Below are positions 27,500 to 42,714 of a stretch of 64,000 nucleotides of DNA, one piece after another. The DNA comes from Octopus sinensis (lineage: Eukaryota): contig NC_043002.1 of the NCBI RefSeq assembly GCF_006345805.1, positions 1,736,001 through 1,800,000 of the forward strand. Reading direction: 5' to 3'. The notes under the pieces were generated by a model. That model was not told where the DNA came from. It did no database searches and saw nothing but the letters and a program-made list of their open reading frames with translations. Position 1 is the first letter of the stretch, and the number at the start of each line of letters is the position of its first letter. The position numbers were made by a program, and so were the translations under genes.

Positions 27500-28765
27500 T
27501 TGATCCAACTTAGATTTAAAACGACAGACAAAATAAAAGGGGGGAAGAAAGGTGGGTTTTTTTTGGAGGGGGCTCTAAGATTCACCATAACGTTGGTAGA
27601 TGTAGTTCATCACAATATGAGGCTGCAATGGAAGAAAGCATCATTGGGAATATATCCAGCCTCCGTCATCAGAGTAGAAAATGCCTGACAGTTCCTATGA
27701 TAATGTGGACAAGTTCAAAGGTGGAATGATGAAATGTGGAGATCTAGCCATATTAGATGGAGGAAATATGGGGTTCGGTGGGAGTATGGGAAGTACTAAA
27801 AGGGGGAATGGTAAGAGGAGATAAGAGAGCTGGGGTTGATAAGGAAGGAATTAAGGGAAGTGGAGGTAGAGGTGGAGTGTTGGTGGAGTGGGAGGGGTAG
27901 TAAATGAAGGGCGGTCATTTGCTGTTGGGTTTGCGTACAGGTGTCACGGTTTAGGGATAATAGCTGTAGAATTAATGGAAGTTGAAATAATGGGAGCAGG
28001 GTGAGATTATTAAGGGATGTAGAAAGATTATTAAGGTATGTAGAAAGGCTTGAGAAGAGATAGAGTGAAGTGGGATGATTGTGGCAGTGGTTAGTGGAAT
28101 AATGAATGTAGGTTGGTGGTGGAGGGGGAGTACTTAGGTATGCAGGGGTGTACGAAATTGAATAGAGGGAGGTTTATAGAGAGGGAGGGAGAGGTTGACA
28201 GGTTAGTAGCGAATCGAGTTGCGTAATATTAAGTGCTTTTGGTTGAGAAGGAGAAAGGAGAAAATGAGGAAAGAATACCATTTGTGAGGGTGGGCAGACT
28301 GTGAGGGAGGTGGCATGTGGTGAGTAAGAGGAATTTTCAAAAGTAACAATGAGAGGGAATAATCTAGTAACAAGGGTGGTATTAATGGAGGAGGTAAGTT
28401 ACGAGGCCGACCTAGTTGTACGGCAAGGTTAATTATAATCAAGGGTAATCATAGTTATGGGATTACATAGATTTAATAAAATGAGCAAATGATGAATTTA
28501 ACTTGTGTTTACAAGAGAGTATGACATCTGAGAATCTATTAAATAATGAAGGATTGTGGATGCGAAGAATGGTTAGCGAATTCCCTCAAACATAATTTAC
28601 AAATGCCGTGGTTTGTATTGTTTAGGGGAGCTTCACATACGATGGACCAAAATAGAGAACAGGGAATATTTTTGGATTTGAGGTTGTGCATATATCGTCT
28701 GAATGTCTCCGCTCTTTGCTGTCTCTCGTTTTGCATGTATACTTATGTACATATTTTGTATTTCA
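27500..28765 (-). mobile_element. Penelope-like element remnant: GIY-YIG endonuclease C-terminus plus pyrimidine-rich tail
   Basis: RRYMHNLKSKNIPCSLFWSIVCEAP..CKLCLRE then LFNRFSDVILSCKHK, matching the PLE LSxYIWxLK..W.I..CxLCLxEK..LNxRxE..CRH pattern; CTGATGA in the tail. Confidence 0.7.
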
Positions 28766-28934
28766 TACCAAACTAATAGATTTAATACATTTAATTTGTT
28801 TATCCGCATAATTTCCCCCCTCCCTCTCTCTTTCTCTCTCTCTCACTTTTCTTTCTCTCTCTCTCTCTGTATACACACACACACGTTTAATAGATATACA
28901 TTAGATATCGATTTCTATGTTCCCTAAACTGGGC

Positions 28935-29043
28935 GGCGAGCTGGGTGGCGAGCTGGGTGTGGCGAGCTGGGTGGCGAGCTGGGTGGCGAGCTGGGCCGTG
29001 AGCTGGGCCGTGAGCAGCCGGCGAGCTGGGCAGCCAGCTGAGC
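28935..29043 (+). repeat. 12-bp tandem array (GGCGAGCTGGGT) of a SINE 5' head
   Basis: About 9 units running directly into the SINE at 29044. Confidence 0.85.
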
Positions 29044-29240
29044 GACGAGTTGGCAGAATCGTTAGCACGCCCTGCAAAATGCTTAGCAGTATTTCGTCTG
29101 TCTTTACGCTATGAGTTCAAATTCTGTGGAAGTCAATTTTGCCTTCCATCCCCTCGCAGTCAATAAAATAAGCATCTGAGAGCGATCTAACCGATTAGTC
29201 ACTCCCTCGAAATTGCTGGCCTCGTGCCAAAATTGGAAAT
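29044..29240 (+). mobile_element. tRNA-derived SINE family B
   Basis: TGGCAGAATCGTTAG A-box-like and GAGTTCAAATTC B-box-like. Second degenerate copy at 29257-29390; others at 34195-34538(-) and 47600-47722(+). Confidence 0.8.
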
Positions 29241-29712
29241 CATGATTAAAAAAGTTGGCGAGCTGGCTGAGACATTAGAACAGCGAGAAAATGACTTTCA
29301 CTATTTGTTGCAGCTAATTAGTGCGTTCAAATCATTCTGAAGTCAACATTTCCTTCCATCCTTTTAGGTTCAGTATAATGAAGGTCATGTCAGGGTTGTG
29401 CCGAGGGTATATTCGAACTCTGTTGATGGTATCTTCTCACCACTTGTTTGCTGAAAATTAGAAATCGTACTTAACAATGCTGTCAGAATCAAACCGTGCA
29501 ATTAAAATTTGTGAATTATAACACTCGTCATGATATTATACTTTATCTCCAAAATTGCTTCTCTCTAAAACATAATTCTTTTTCCTCTTTCATACAATAT
29601 TTCTGCCAAACACACCCAGCAATAATGCTCCACACCCACTAATTTAAGTAAATATCACCAATCTCCTCTCAGGAACCTATATGAATGATATATATGAATG
29701 ATATATATATAT

Positions 29713-29800
<88 letters not shown>

Positions 29801-31098
29801 GTTAATTTCTCAATGTACATTGTTGTGAGCGAACGCTAATTTCATTTTGATTTGAAACCTATTGTACTTATGGCACACACACACACTTCAACTAGTTGGA
29901 GATTTATTTGGATGTAACACACGTAAGTGAAAGTCATCGAGAGAACCTCATTACAGAATACAATTAATTGTGAAATTTAGTTTTGTGTCTTTAATGGCAC
30001 AAACACAAACAACAGCTCCAGCGCATATGAAAACCTCCAAACATTCAAATTAAGATAAATAATTTACTTCATTATTTTTTTCTATGCACTTAAAGATACT
30101 TATTTTCTTCTGTAAACACTTGTTCGTAGTTAACAACCTGCTTAAGCATAACAGCAATTATCGTACATATGTATAAATATAAATTAAAACCAACATTTTA
30201 ATTGGGTTTTTTTTCTCTGCATCTAAATAAAAACAAAAAGATGTAAATATGTTTATAATTCTCCTAATTCAAATTTTCCAACATCGAGAATTTATACCTT
30301 CATATCATTTCTATTTAAACTAAAAACGGAATATTGAATTGCTTTCGCTTACGAAACTCAACACATTTAATCAATAATAAAATAATGAGAAACTTATAAC
30401 TTTAGCTCACACCTTTTCTGCTGATACGACTTCTTCAGTGAAACAGACTTTTACACATTCTCAGGTCAAACCAATACAAAAATTTGATCCTCTAATTCAT
30501 ATCATTGGGAATATATCATCAACCATTTTGCAAGCTGGGGTGAACAACGGCTATGTCTAGCAAGCGAGTATCCATCACCGAAGTTGACCAAAACGAGGTC
30601 AAAGTCACGTGATCTAGTGGTGTCAGAGTTCTCCCCCAGCTTGCTATATATATCGAGTGCACTGAATAACCAGCTGGAGGAGCAGTCCTCCTGCGGTTAA
30701 ATAGCAGCAGAGAACACCTACGTTTAGATGGTGATAAAGATTACTTCTCATGTTGTGTTTCATATTCCAATATTATAAGAAATATTAACGGCGTATCTTC
30801 ATGACTTTCCTGAAATATTTGTAACTATGCCTTCTCCCTAGATGCAAAGACACAAGGAATAATCATGAGTTGCTAAAAATATTAGAAAGAAGGAATAAAT
30901 TAATTGAATAAATTAAATGAAATTAGGTAAAGGAGAACTTTTAGCATAACTCAGATATAGCTGTGAGAAAACCACCGCAGTGAGGGGGTGGGGGTGTATT
31001 CACTTATAAAATATGCAGAGTAAAAATGACTAAATATTTCAATGCAAGCTGAATATGGCACTGAGAAACATCATCATTATATGATAACACACATAGAC

Positions 31099-31182
<84 letters not shown>

Positions 31183-31199
31183 AGTGTATATATACTTTC

Positions 31200-31372
31200 T
31201 TCTTTTATTCGTTTACTTGTTTCAGTCATTTTGACTGCGGTCATGCTCGAGCACCGCCTAATTATTTGTAAGCCTAGTACTTATTCTATCGGTGTCGTTT
31301 GCCCAACCGCTAAGTTACGGGAACGTAAACACATCAGCATCGGTTGTCAAGCGATACTGGGGAGAGAAACAC
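31200..31372 (+). mobile_element. Interspersed repeat family C
   Basis: TTTCAGTCATTTTGACTGCGGTCATGCTCGAGCACCGCC..CCGCTAAGTTACGG; related copies at 22620, 23430, 53750 and 55345. Confidence 0.7.
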
Positions 31373-31408
31373 AGACACACACGCGTACATATATATGTGC
31401 ATATATAC

Positions 31409-31570
31409 AACGGGCTTCTTTCAGTTTCCATCTACTAAATCCACTCACATGGCTTTGGTCGGCCCGAGGCTATAGTAGAATACACTTGCCCAAGATGCCA
31501 CACAGTCGGACTGAACCCGGGACCATGTGGTTTGTAAGCAAGCTACTTACCACACAGCCGCTCCTGCGCC
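31409..31570 (-). mobile_element. SINE family A
   Basis: High similarity to 72-234 along its whole length. Confidence 0.85.
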
Positions 31571-32074
31571 TATATATATATATACATGTACATACACACA
31601 GAGATATATATATACACACATGCATGTGTGTGTGTGTGAGTGTATGTGTGTGTTTACGAGTGAGTGGACGAATGAAAGAAAAACTCAATCAATGTGTTCA
31701 GTAGGAGTTACATATATTATGTTGTAAAACAGTTTGGTGCAGCCCCATGCGTCTTAAAATATTGCAGGTCTCTAACAGAGACCATACTCTTTCAGGCACA
31801 GATTACCGAATGGAAGAATACAGGCAGATCAAGGTGGCTACAGGAACACGCACGTACACACACTAATACAACCGATAACACATCCACACACTCTTTATAT
31901 CTGGTGTATATACACACATGTGCACACACAGTCGCCAGCCTTGTTTCTGTCGACTTCCATTCGGTAATCTGAGTTTGAACGAGCTGCGTTTCATTTAGAA
32001 GCCAGTCAAATGCAGTCGAATCGAACTGTTTTAAATAATAATACTTGTAAAATTAATGCTAATAATAATAATAA

Positions 32075-32116
<42 letters not shown>

Positions 32117-32889
32117 CAATAATAATACCAATAATAATAATGCATGTATATAGGTATTCATATATACATATATATGTGTGTGAGTGAATGTGTGCGCACG
32201 TGTGTACGTGTGTGTGTGTGTGTATGTATGTGTGTGTGTGTCAGTGTGTACAAACATGCATTCACACATTCATACATATTCAACGAAGCTACCAAAGTTT
32301 AGTTTCGACTTCTCCCAACAATGGCAATATATCTACCTACAACCAATTCTAAGTAAAATAAAGCGATATCTTTCCTTTGAAAATTTCTTACTCTAACAAC
32401 AATTTCTTTCGTCAGAAGGAAGCAATAAAATCTAATTCCAAAAATAAGACAATTATTATTCACATAATAAAGCTTCTATAGAAAACACGAGATGGCTATA
32501 GAATCTGCTGCTTGTCATTTCTCTCGTTATGTGAAGACGGAAATCTTATACAAGTGATATGTGCAAAGCAATATTGAATTTCTTACTTTGGCTTTTCCAT
32601 TTTCTAATTGGCACAGTGCATTTGCACGTTAACAATGCTGGGCAGCAGCAGATTCTATTGAATTCACTCACACAGTATTGCCTCCTTGCTAATGTTAAGG
32701 ACGCTGGCGGTGCTAGAGTGGCTTGAATGCAAACTTGACATCGAGTATACCGCGAATAGGAGCGAAAGCTGGTTTATCTTCTTATTCACCCACTCTCTGT
32801 GACCACCGGCACATACGCTTTGATAACTGAATAGCTATGAACAACAACCACAGCATCAGCAACCTCAATAATAACCATCGACGACGGCA

Positions 32890-33017
32890 TCAACTACAAC
32901 AACAATAACAGCAACAACAACAACAACAACAATAAGAAGAACAATAACAATAACAATAATAATAATATTAATAATAATAATAACAACAACAATAATAATA
33001 ATAATAATAATAACAAC

Positions 33018-33049
<32 letters not shown>

Positions 33050-33086
33050 CAACAACAATAATAATAATAATAATAATAATAACAAC

Positions 33087-33160
<74 letters not shown>

Positions 33161-33200
33161 CAACAACAATAATAGTAATAATAATAATAATAACAACAAC

Positions 33201-33246
<46 letters not shown>

Positions 33247-33411
33247 CAACAACAACAACAACAACAACAACAATAATAATAATAATAATAATAATAAATA
33301 ATAATAATAATAATAATGATAATAAAGCAAACGTAAACAAAGCGTATATGAAAACAAAGCGTATATTATTATTATTATTATTATTATATTATTATTATTA
33401 TTATTATTATT

Positions 33412-33455
<44 letters not shown>
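32890..33455. repeat. Large compound (AAC/AAT)n - (ATT)n - (ATC)n microsatellite
   Basis: Direct reading; the strand switch lies at about 33325-33366. Confidence 0.95.
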
Positions 33456-33456
33456 T

Positions 33457-33853
33457 AGTGAGAGAGCAGTGCATGACATCAAAGTGACACTGGGGTAAAA
33501 TATACGAAGCCCAGTATACCCATCATGACTACCCGTCTGATAAGGGTACACCAGGCACATGCATCACAACCATATGTGCGCAACATGGTGATCTCATATC
33601 AAGATAAACAGCACATGACCTCGCAGGTGGGGCCCAGTTAGAATTTTCTTTTAGTCGAGCATCCCATCCCACTGAAAAGGTCCCTAAAAAGTGTAGTTTA
33701 AGGATGTTAAACGAAACACCATGTTTCTAGAGGTAAATTATTCGAACTCCAAAGAATCCCTCTCAACACATGGCTATGATGCTCCCCCACTACTTCTGCT
33801 CGTGATCAGAGATGCACATATCGTCAGCCACCAAGGGACATGCTCGACTGGTT
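33457..33853. mobile_element. Interspersed repeat (about 400 bp) adjoining an (ATC)n/(ATT)n tract
   Basis: Inverted partial copy at 14358-14570. Confidence 0.7.
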
Positions 33854-33929
33854 ATGGTCAAACAACTGACAAGCAAATCTGTGGTATTGAGCAGAATATT
33901 TGCTGTAGCCCATCTTTTATGCCAAGACA

Positions 33930-34148
33930 AAACAATGTACATGTATGACAATTTGAAGTGAGAAATACGCAGGTTGTGGGCAATGAAGAGAGTGGACGAG
34001 ATACCAGTACCACTTGGAAGTATCAGCACTCAACTACCAACATGGCTCAAAATGATTGCAACAAATGTAAAGACAGAACTCCAACAAAAATCAAAAATCA
34101 TCATTGCTTAGAACTACAAGAGTTCTCCGCAGGGTTTTTGAAGCATGA
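33930..34148 (+). mobile_element. Decayed R4/Dong-like C-terminal fragment, another family
   Basis: YDNLK*EIRRLWAMKRVDEIPVPLGS..LQQKS..LRTTRVLRRVFEA* parallels YKDLEIEVTRMW..IPIIVGALG..QKIALLGTAHILRRTL. Confidence 0.6.
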
Positions 34149-34194
34149 TCAATAAAAAAAATGTCACCTTAGTCTGCTGGCTGTGGAGAGCTGA

Positions 34195-34538
34195 CACTTT
34201 CCACTATAAGCTCCACTGGTACCTATTTTATCCACCTTCAAAGGATCAAAAGCAAAGTCAACAACAGGGGCATTTGAATTCAGAGCGTAAAAACGGACGA
34301 AATACTGTTAAGCACTTTACCCGGCGTGGTAACAATTAGGCCGGCACACCATCTTTATAATGATAATAATAATCTTTTCTGCTCTAGGCACAAGGCCTGA
34401 CATTTGGGGGAGAGGACTAGTCGATTACATCGACCCAGTGTTCCACTGGTACTTATTTAATCGACCCTGAAAGGATGAAAGGCCGAGTTGACCATGGCAG
34501 AATTTGAACTCAGAACGTGAAACAGACGATATGCTGCT
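34195..34538 (-). mobile_element. Two adjacent SINE family B copies (34195-34350 and 34365-34538)
   Basis: Reverse complement of the 29044 family (GAATTTGAACTCAGAACG..ACAGACG). The second copy has an (ATT)n tail and a head cut by (AAT)n and copy C. Confidence 0.75.
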
Positions 34539-34561
34539 TTAATAATAATAATAATAATAAT

Positions 34562-37500
34562 AACACCGGGGGACGTTTAAGATGTAACACCAGGGGACGT
34601 TTAAGATGTAACACCGGGGGACGTTTAAGATGTAGACACCGAGGGACGTTTAAGATGTAGACACCGAGGGACGTTTAAGATGTAAGAACGATAAAACAGA
34701 GCTCTGAAATCTATCCACAAACATCGAAAACAAGGATATCGTATGAAACCAAAGATTTACTAACAAAGGATTGGACTGTACCCGAGTAAGTAATACTCAT
34801 TAAAATTTATTACTATTTTCGAAACGAAATGATGTATTTTAACTCGATATCATCTCCACGTCTAACACAACACATGTAAACGTGCGTGATACATTACGAT
34901 CCATCAACACCAGCTCATCCCCGACCCCAAACACCATGTAGAAAGGAACTACGAAGAAATTAAATACCACCGATATTATTTAACCCAAGAATAACAATCG
35001 GGAGGTACGTACTTTTTTCTTACATCACAAAATGTACGAAAAACTACACGTGCAAAACAATGTGACAACAGAAATGAACGGACCGGTACCCTACGAAAAT
35101 GATGACCGTCAAAATAATGGGCCGGACGTTGTTCCGCATGTCCCGCAAATAAAACCCAAAAGACATAAATGGACACGTGAGGAATACATTTCTATCCTAC
35201 ACGCATGCCTCACAGCAGTGCTCTACCCAAAGAATGAAAACACAACAATACATACATATAAAATATGGAAGGAAAATAACATAAATATAGACTTGGATAC
35301 AGCAATGGACCCTAATAAACTAGCTAACGTACGAAGATACATTCTCAACGCAAAAAAATTTTCAAAAATAGAAATAGAACATTTAAAAGAACAAATACAT
35401 CAGGAAAATGTAGATAGAAGCCACACAACAATGCCCAATAATATAAACACTGAAACAGTAAAACACGAAGACAAACGTAACATTTCCAACAAACACGATG
35501 TAAACAAAAAACAACAAACCCAGACCGTAAAGATGCATAATAATACACGACAAACAGCAAGCCAAAACACGACAAACAAACATACAAATGAGAAAGAAAG
35601 CGACACAAATCTAAAACCTGGAAACAACGAAGGGGAGCCTAATGATTATGATAATATAAAAAGTAGAATAATCAAAGAACTGAAAACCACAAAGCTCAAA
35701 ATGGACCACCGACCTACCTCCCAAAAATCAAAATAGACAAAACAACAACACCAATTACGAACAGCATAAACCTAGCCGTCACGGAACAAATAGCCACTGA
35801 AACAAAAAGCGATATCACTGAGCTAAATGACTTAATATACGCAGCAGCCACTGCAGCCACAAAAGAAGATGGATACTCACCCAAACCCATCCAAACAGGA
35901 GTACCACCACCCAAAAAAACCCTGTGGATAAATAACATCCAAAACAAAATACAAAAAATGAGATAAGATCTGTCGATTCTTAATGAAATCAGTAGACAAT
36001 CAACGCTACTGAGCAACAAAAAGAAAACAAAAATACTCCGCAAATATAACATCACAGAAAAAGATTTACCTGAGATAAAAGAAAATCTGAAGCAAGATAT
36101 CCTTGCCAAAGCACAAAGGATCCGCCGGTAAGACAAACGCCAGCGCTTCTTTGAACAAAACAAAAAGTTCAACTCCAACCCCAAAAAGTTCTACCAAGAA
36201 CTTGGCAAAAATAAAATAGAAATCACTGCAGCACTAACGGCAGAAGTGGAAGAATTCTGGAAATATGGTCGGCGAACGAACAACCAAAAAAAAGGAGTGT
36301 TAAAACAACAAACTCAGCATCTGAGCAACTTTGGACCCCCATAACAACTGAAGAGGTCACCCAGACACTGCAAAGACTAAGCAACTGGAAGGCACCTGGG
36401 CATGACAAGATCCCCAACTTCTGGTTGAAATATCTAACAGGAATGCACAAAGAGCTGGCTGAAAACTTTAACAACATACTAGCAGAGCCAGAGACAATGC
36501 CTGAATGGCTCACGAAGGGGAAAACCATCTTAATTCCCAAATCAAATGAGACAGCAAAGCCAGAAAACTACAGACCAATAACCTGTCTCCCTACAATGTA
36601 CAAGGCATTTACTGCAGTGATATCGCAAAGGTTGAACAAGCACCTGGACGAAAACAACCTGTTTCCAGAAGAGCAGAAAGGATGCCGCAAAGGCTCATAT
36701 GGCTGTAAAGATCAACTAATGATTAATAAAGCCATAACTGAAGACAGCCACAGAAAGAAGAAAGGCCTCGGTATGGCCTGGATTGACTACAAAAAGGCGT
36801 TTGATAGCATCCCCCACACATGGATCCTCGAAACACTAGCCATTAACAAAGTAGCACCAACAATTATAAAATTCATAGAGCACTCTATGAATAAATGGCA
36901 AACAGTCCTACACCTCCAAACAAAAGAGGGACTCATGAAAACCAAAGCCATCCCCATTAGAAGAGGAATATTCCAGGGAGACACACTCTCTCCGCTTCTT
37001 TTCTGTTTGGCACTGTCACCTCTATCTGGTATGCTAAATAGTAGTGGATGCTGATATATATGTTACGGCAAAACGATCAGCCACCTTTTATATATGGATG
37101 ACCTAAAACTATACGCTGCAAATGACAAACAGCTGGAAACACTATTAAAGACAGTTCATGGATTTACCTAAGAAATAGATATGAAATTTGGATTAGAAAA
37201 ATGCGCCAAAGTAACCATGAAAAGAGGAAAACTAGTTAAGAGTAGCAACATCACACTAGATAAAACCAATGAAATAAAAGAATTAGACCAAAGCCAAACT
37301 TACAAATACTTAGGAATCCATGAACTAGATAAGACACAACACGCACAAATGAAAGAGAAAATTAAAAAAAGAATATTATAGACGAGTTAGATCAATAATA
37401 AAAACAGAGCTCAATGCTAAAAACAAGATAATAGGTATTAACACTTTAGCTGTCCCAGTTATAAGTTACAGCTACAATATCCTTAACTGGACACTAAATG

Positions 37501-38752
37501 AACTAACCAAAATAGATAGGAAAACAAGAAAAATAATGGCAGGATCTAGGATGCATCACCCAAAATCTGACATAGAAAGACTATATATACAACGTATAGA
37601 AGGTGGTAGAGGCCTTATACAGCTGGAAAACTACTATAAAATAACCACCATAGGACTGCAAAAATATCTACTTCAGAAGGAAGGAAAACTGATCCAGATA
37701 GCGGCAAAACACGAGCAAAACAAAAAACTGTTCTCAGTATTTAAGGAAGCTGACAAATACAAACTAGAAATCATACCACCTAATAAACATGAAGAAGAAG
37801 AATAAGAAGATGAAGAAACAACAAAAGCTATAAAACAAATGAAATCCAAACTAAAAATAGAACAGCAACGAACCATGATAAAACGATGGCAAGAAAAGCC
37901 CCTTCATGGTAAATACTGGACTAAACTAAACGCAAAAGAAATAGACAAAGAAAAATCCCAGCAATGGTTGAGAAGCTCAGGACTCAAAGCAGAGACAGAG
38001 GGATTATTAATTGCAGCACAAGACCAAAGCCTCTACACCAGAAATTACTAAAAACATGTAATGAAAAGAAATATAACAAGTAACTGCAGATTAGGTGGAG
38101 ATGGACAAGAAACAATAAATCATATTATCTCTGGCTGCCCAGTCCTGGCTAAGAAGGAATATATTCACACAGACATGACAGAGTTGGAACCTACATACAC
38201 TGGAAGATATGCCAACATTATGGAATAACAACAGAAAAAAGATGGTATAGGCACACACCAGAAAAGGTCACAGAAAAGGAGAAAGCAATCATACTCTGGG
38301 ATATGCCGATACACACAGATAGAGAAATTAAGGCCAACAGACCAGATATAGTTGTCAGAGATCATGAAGAAATAAAATGCTTTCTAATTGATGTATCAAT
38401 ACCGGCAGATGACAACGTTTCTCTAAAAGAAATGGAGAAACTTTCAAAATACAAAGACCTGGAAATAGAGGTAACTAGAATGTGGAATCTAAAAACAGAA
38501 ACAATTTCTATCATAGTAGGTGCATTAGGCATGATAAAAAATATTTAGACAAATACATAACAAAAACACCAGGACTTACAAACACATATAACATACAGAA
38601 AATTGCACTACTAGGCACTGCACTCATCCTACGCAGATCACTTTCCATACAATAACCATCAGAGCATCACAAGTAATCACAGCACATACCTAAGGCACAC
38701 AGAGCTGCGCTCGGTAGTGAAGTGAAAGCACGCTGTAAAAATAAAACTACTG
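34562..38752 (+). mobile_element. R4/Dong-like non-LTR retrotransposon copy C, full-length (4191 bp), defective
   Basis: Five 24-25 bp 5' monomers, 5' UTR, one long broken ORF (Myb-like, RT, CCHC, REL), and a 97-nt 3' UTR ending ACTACTG; (AAT)n at both ends. Confidence 0.93.
35032..38655 (+). pseudogene. Single ORF of copy C: Myb-like N-terminus, RT, CCHC knuckle, PD-(D/E)xK restriction-like endonuclease
   Basis: KRHKWTREE..LANVRRYI; ITELNDLIYAAA; NYRPITCL, EQKGCRK, WIDYKKAFDSIPH, GIFQGDTLSP, YMDDLKL, MKFGLEKC; RPDIVV..IDVSIP. Several stops and frameshifts (for example about 35715, 37051, 38048, 38167). Confidence 0.9.
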
Positions 38753-38764
38753 AATGATAATAAT

Positions 38765-42289
<3,525 letters not shown>

Positions 42290-42649
42290 TGTAATAATAA
42301 TAATAATGACGATGATAATAATAATAATAAGGTTTCACTACCTTTTTGTTTATCATTCCTAGAGATCCTGTTACTGTAGGATCTCTAGGAATGATAAAAA
42401 AAAACGTACTGAAACCTTTTGAAAATGATACCAGGTTTACCATCCCTACAGGAAGTAAAAAAAATCGTGTTAACTAGAACGGCTCATGTACTGAGAAGAG
42501 CATTATCGCTGTAAAAATAACATCCATTCATGAATTTGTGAATTTGCGTGTGTAATCTGGGAATGCATACAATGAGCTTCACTGCCCTAGGTGTACGGAA
42601 AACACTCGGTGAGAAGCGGAAGAATATTTGAAGAAAGAAGGAAAAATAA

Positions 42650-42710
<61 letters not shown>

Positions 42711-42714
<4 letters not shown>

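Noticed and set aside
32894-33474. Long poly-L/Y/N/I, poly-YI, poly-HT/CV and poly-E/D ORFs here and elsewhere (for example 4338-4582, 24651-24963, 56004-56363)
   Set aside because: They are translations of microsatellites.
34562-34683. CRISPR-like 24-25 bp direct repeats
   Set aside because: The units are contiguous with no spacers, no cas genes are present, the context is eukaryotic, and they form the 5' end of a retrotransposon.
34684-35031. HDV-like or hammerhead ribozyme in the element 5' UTR
   Set aside because: Only a short GAGTA/TACTC hairpin is visible. I could not fit either core by eye; a covariance search is needed.
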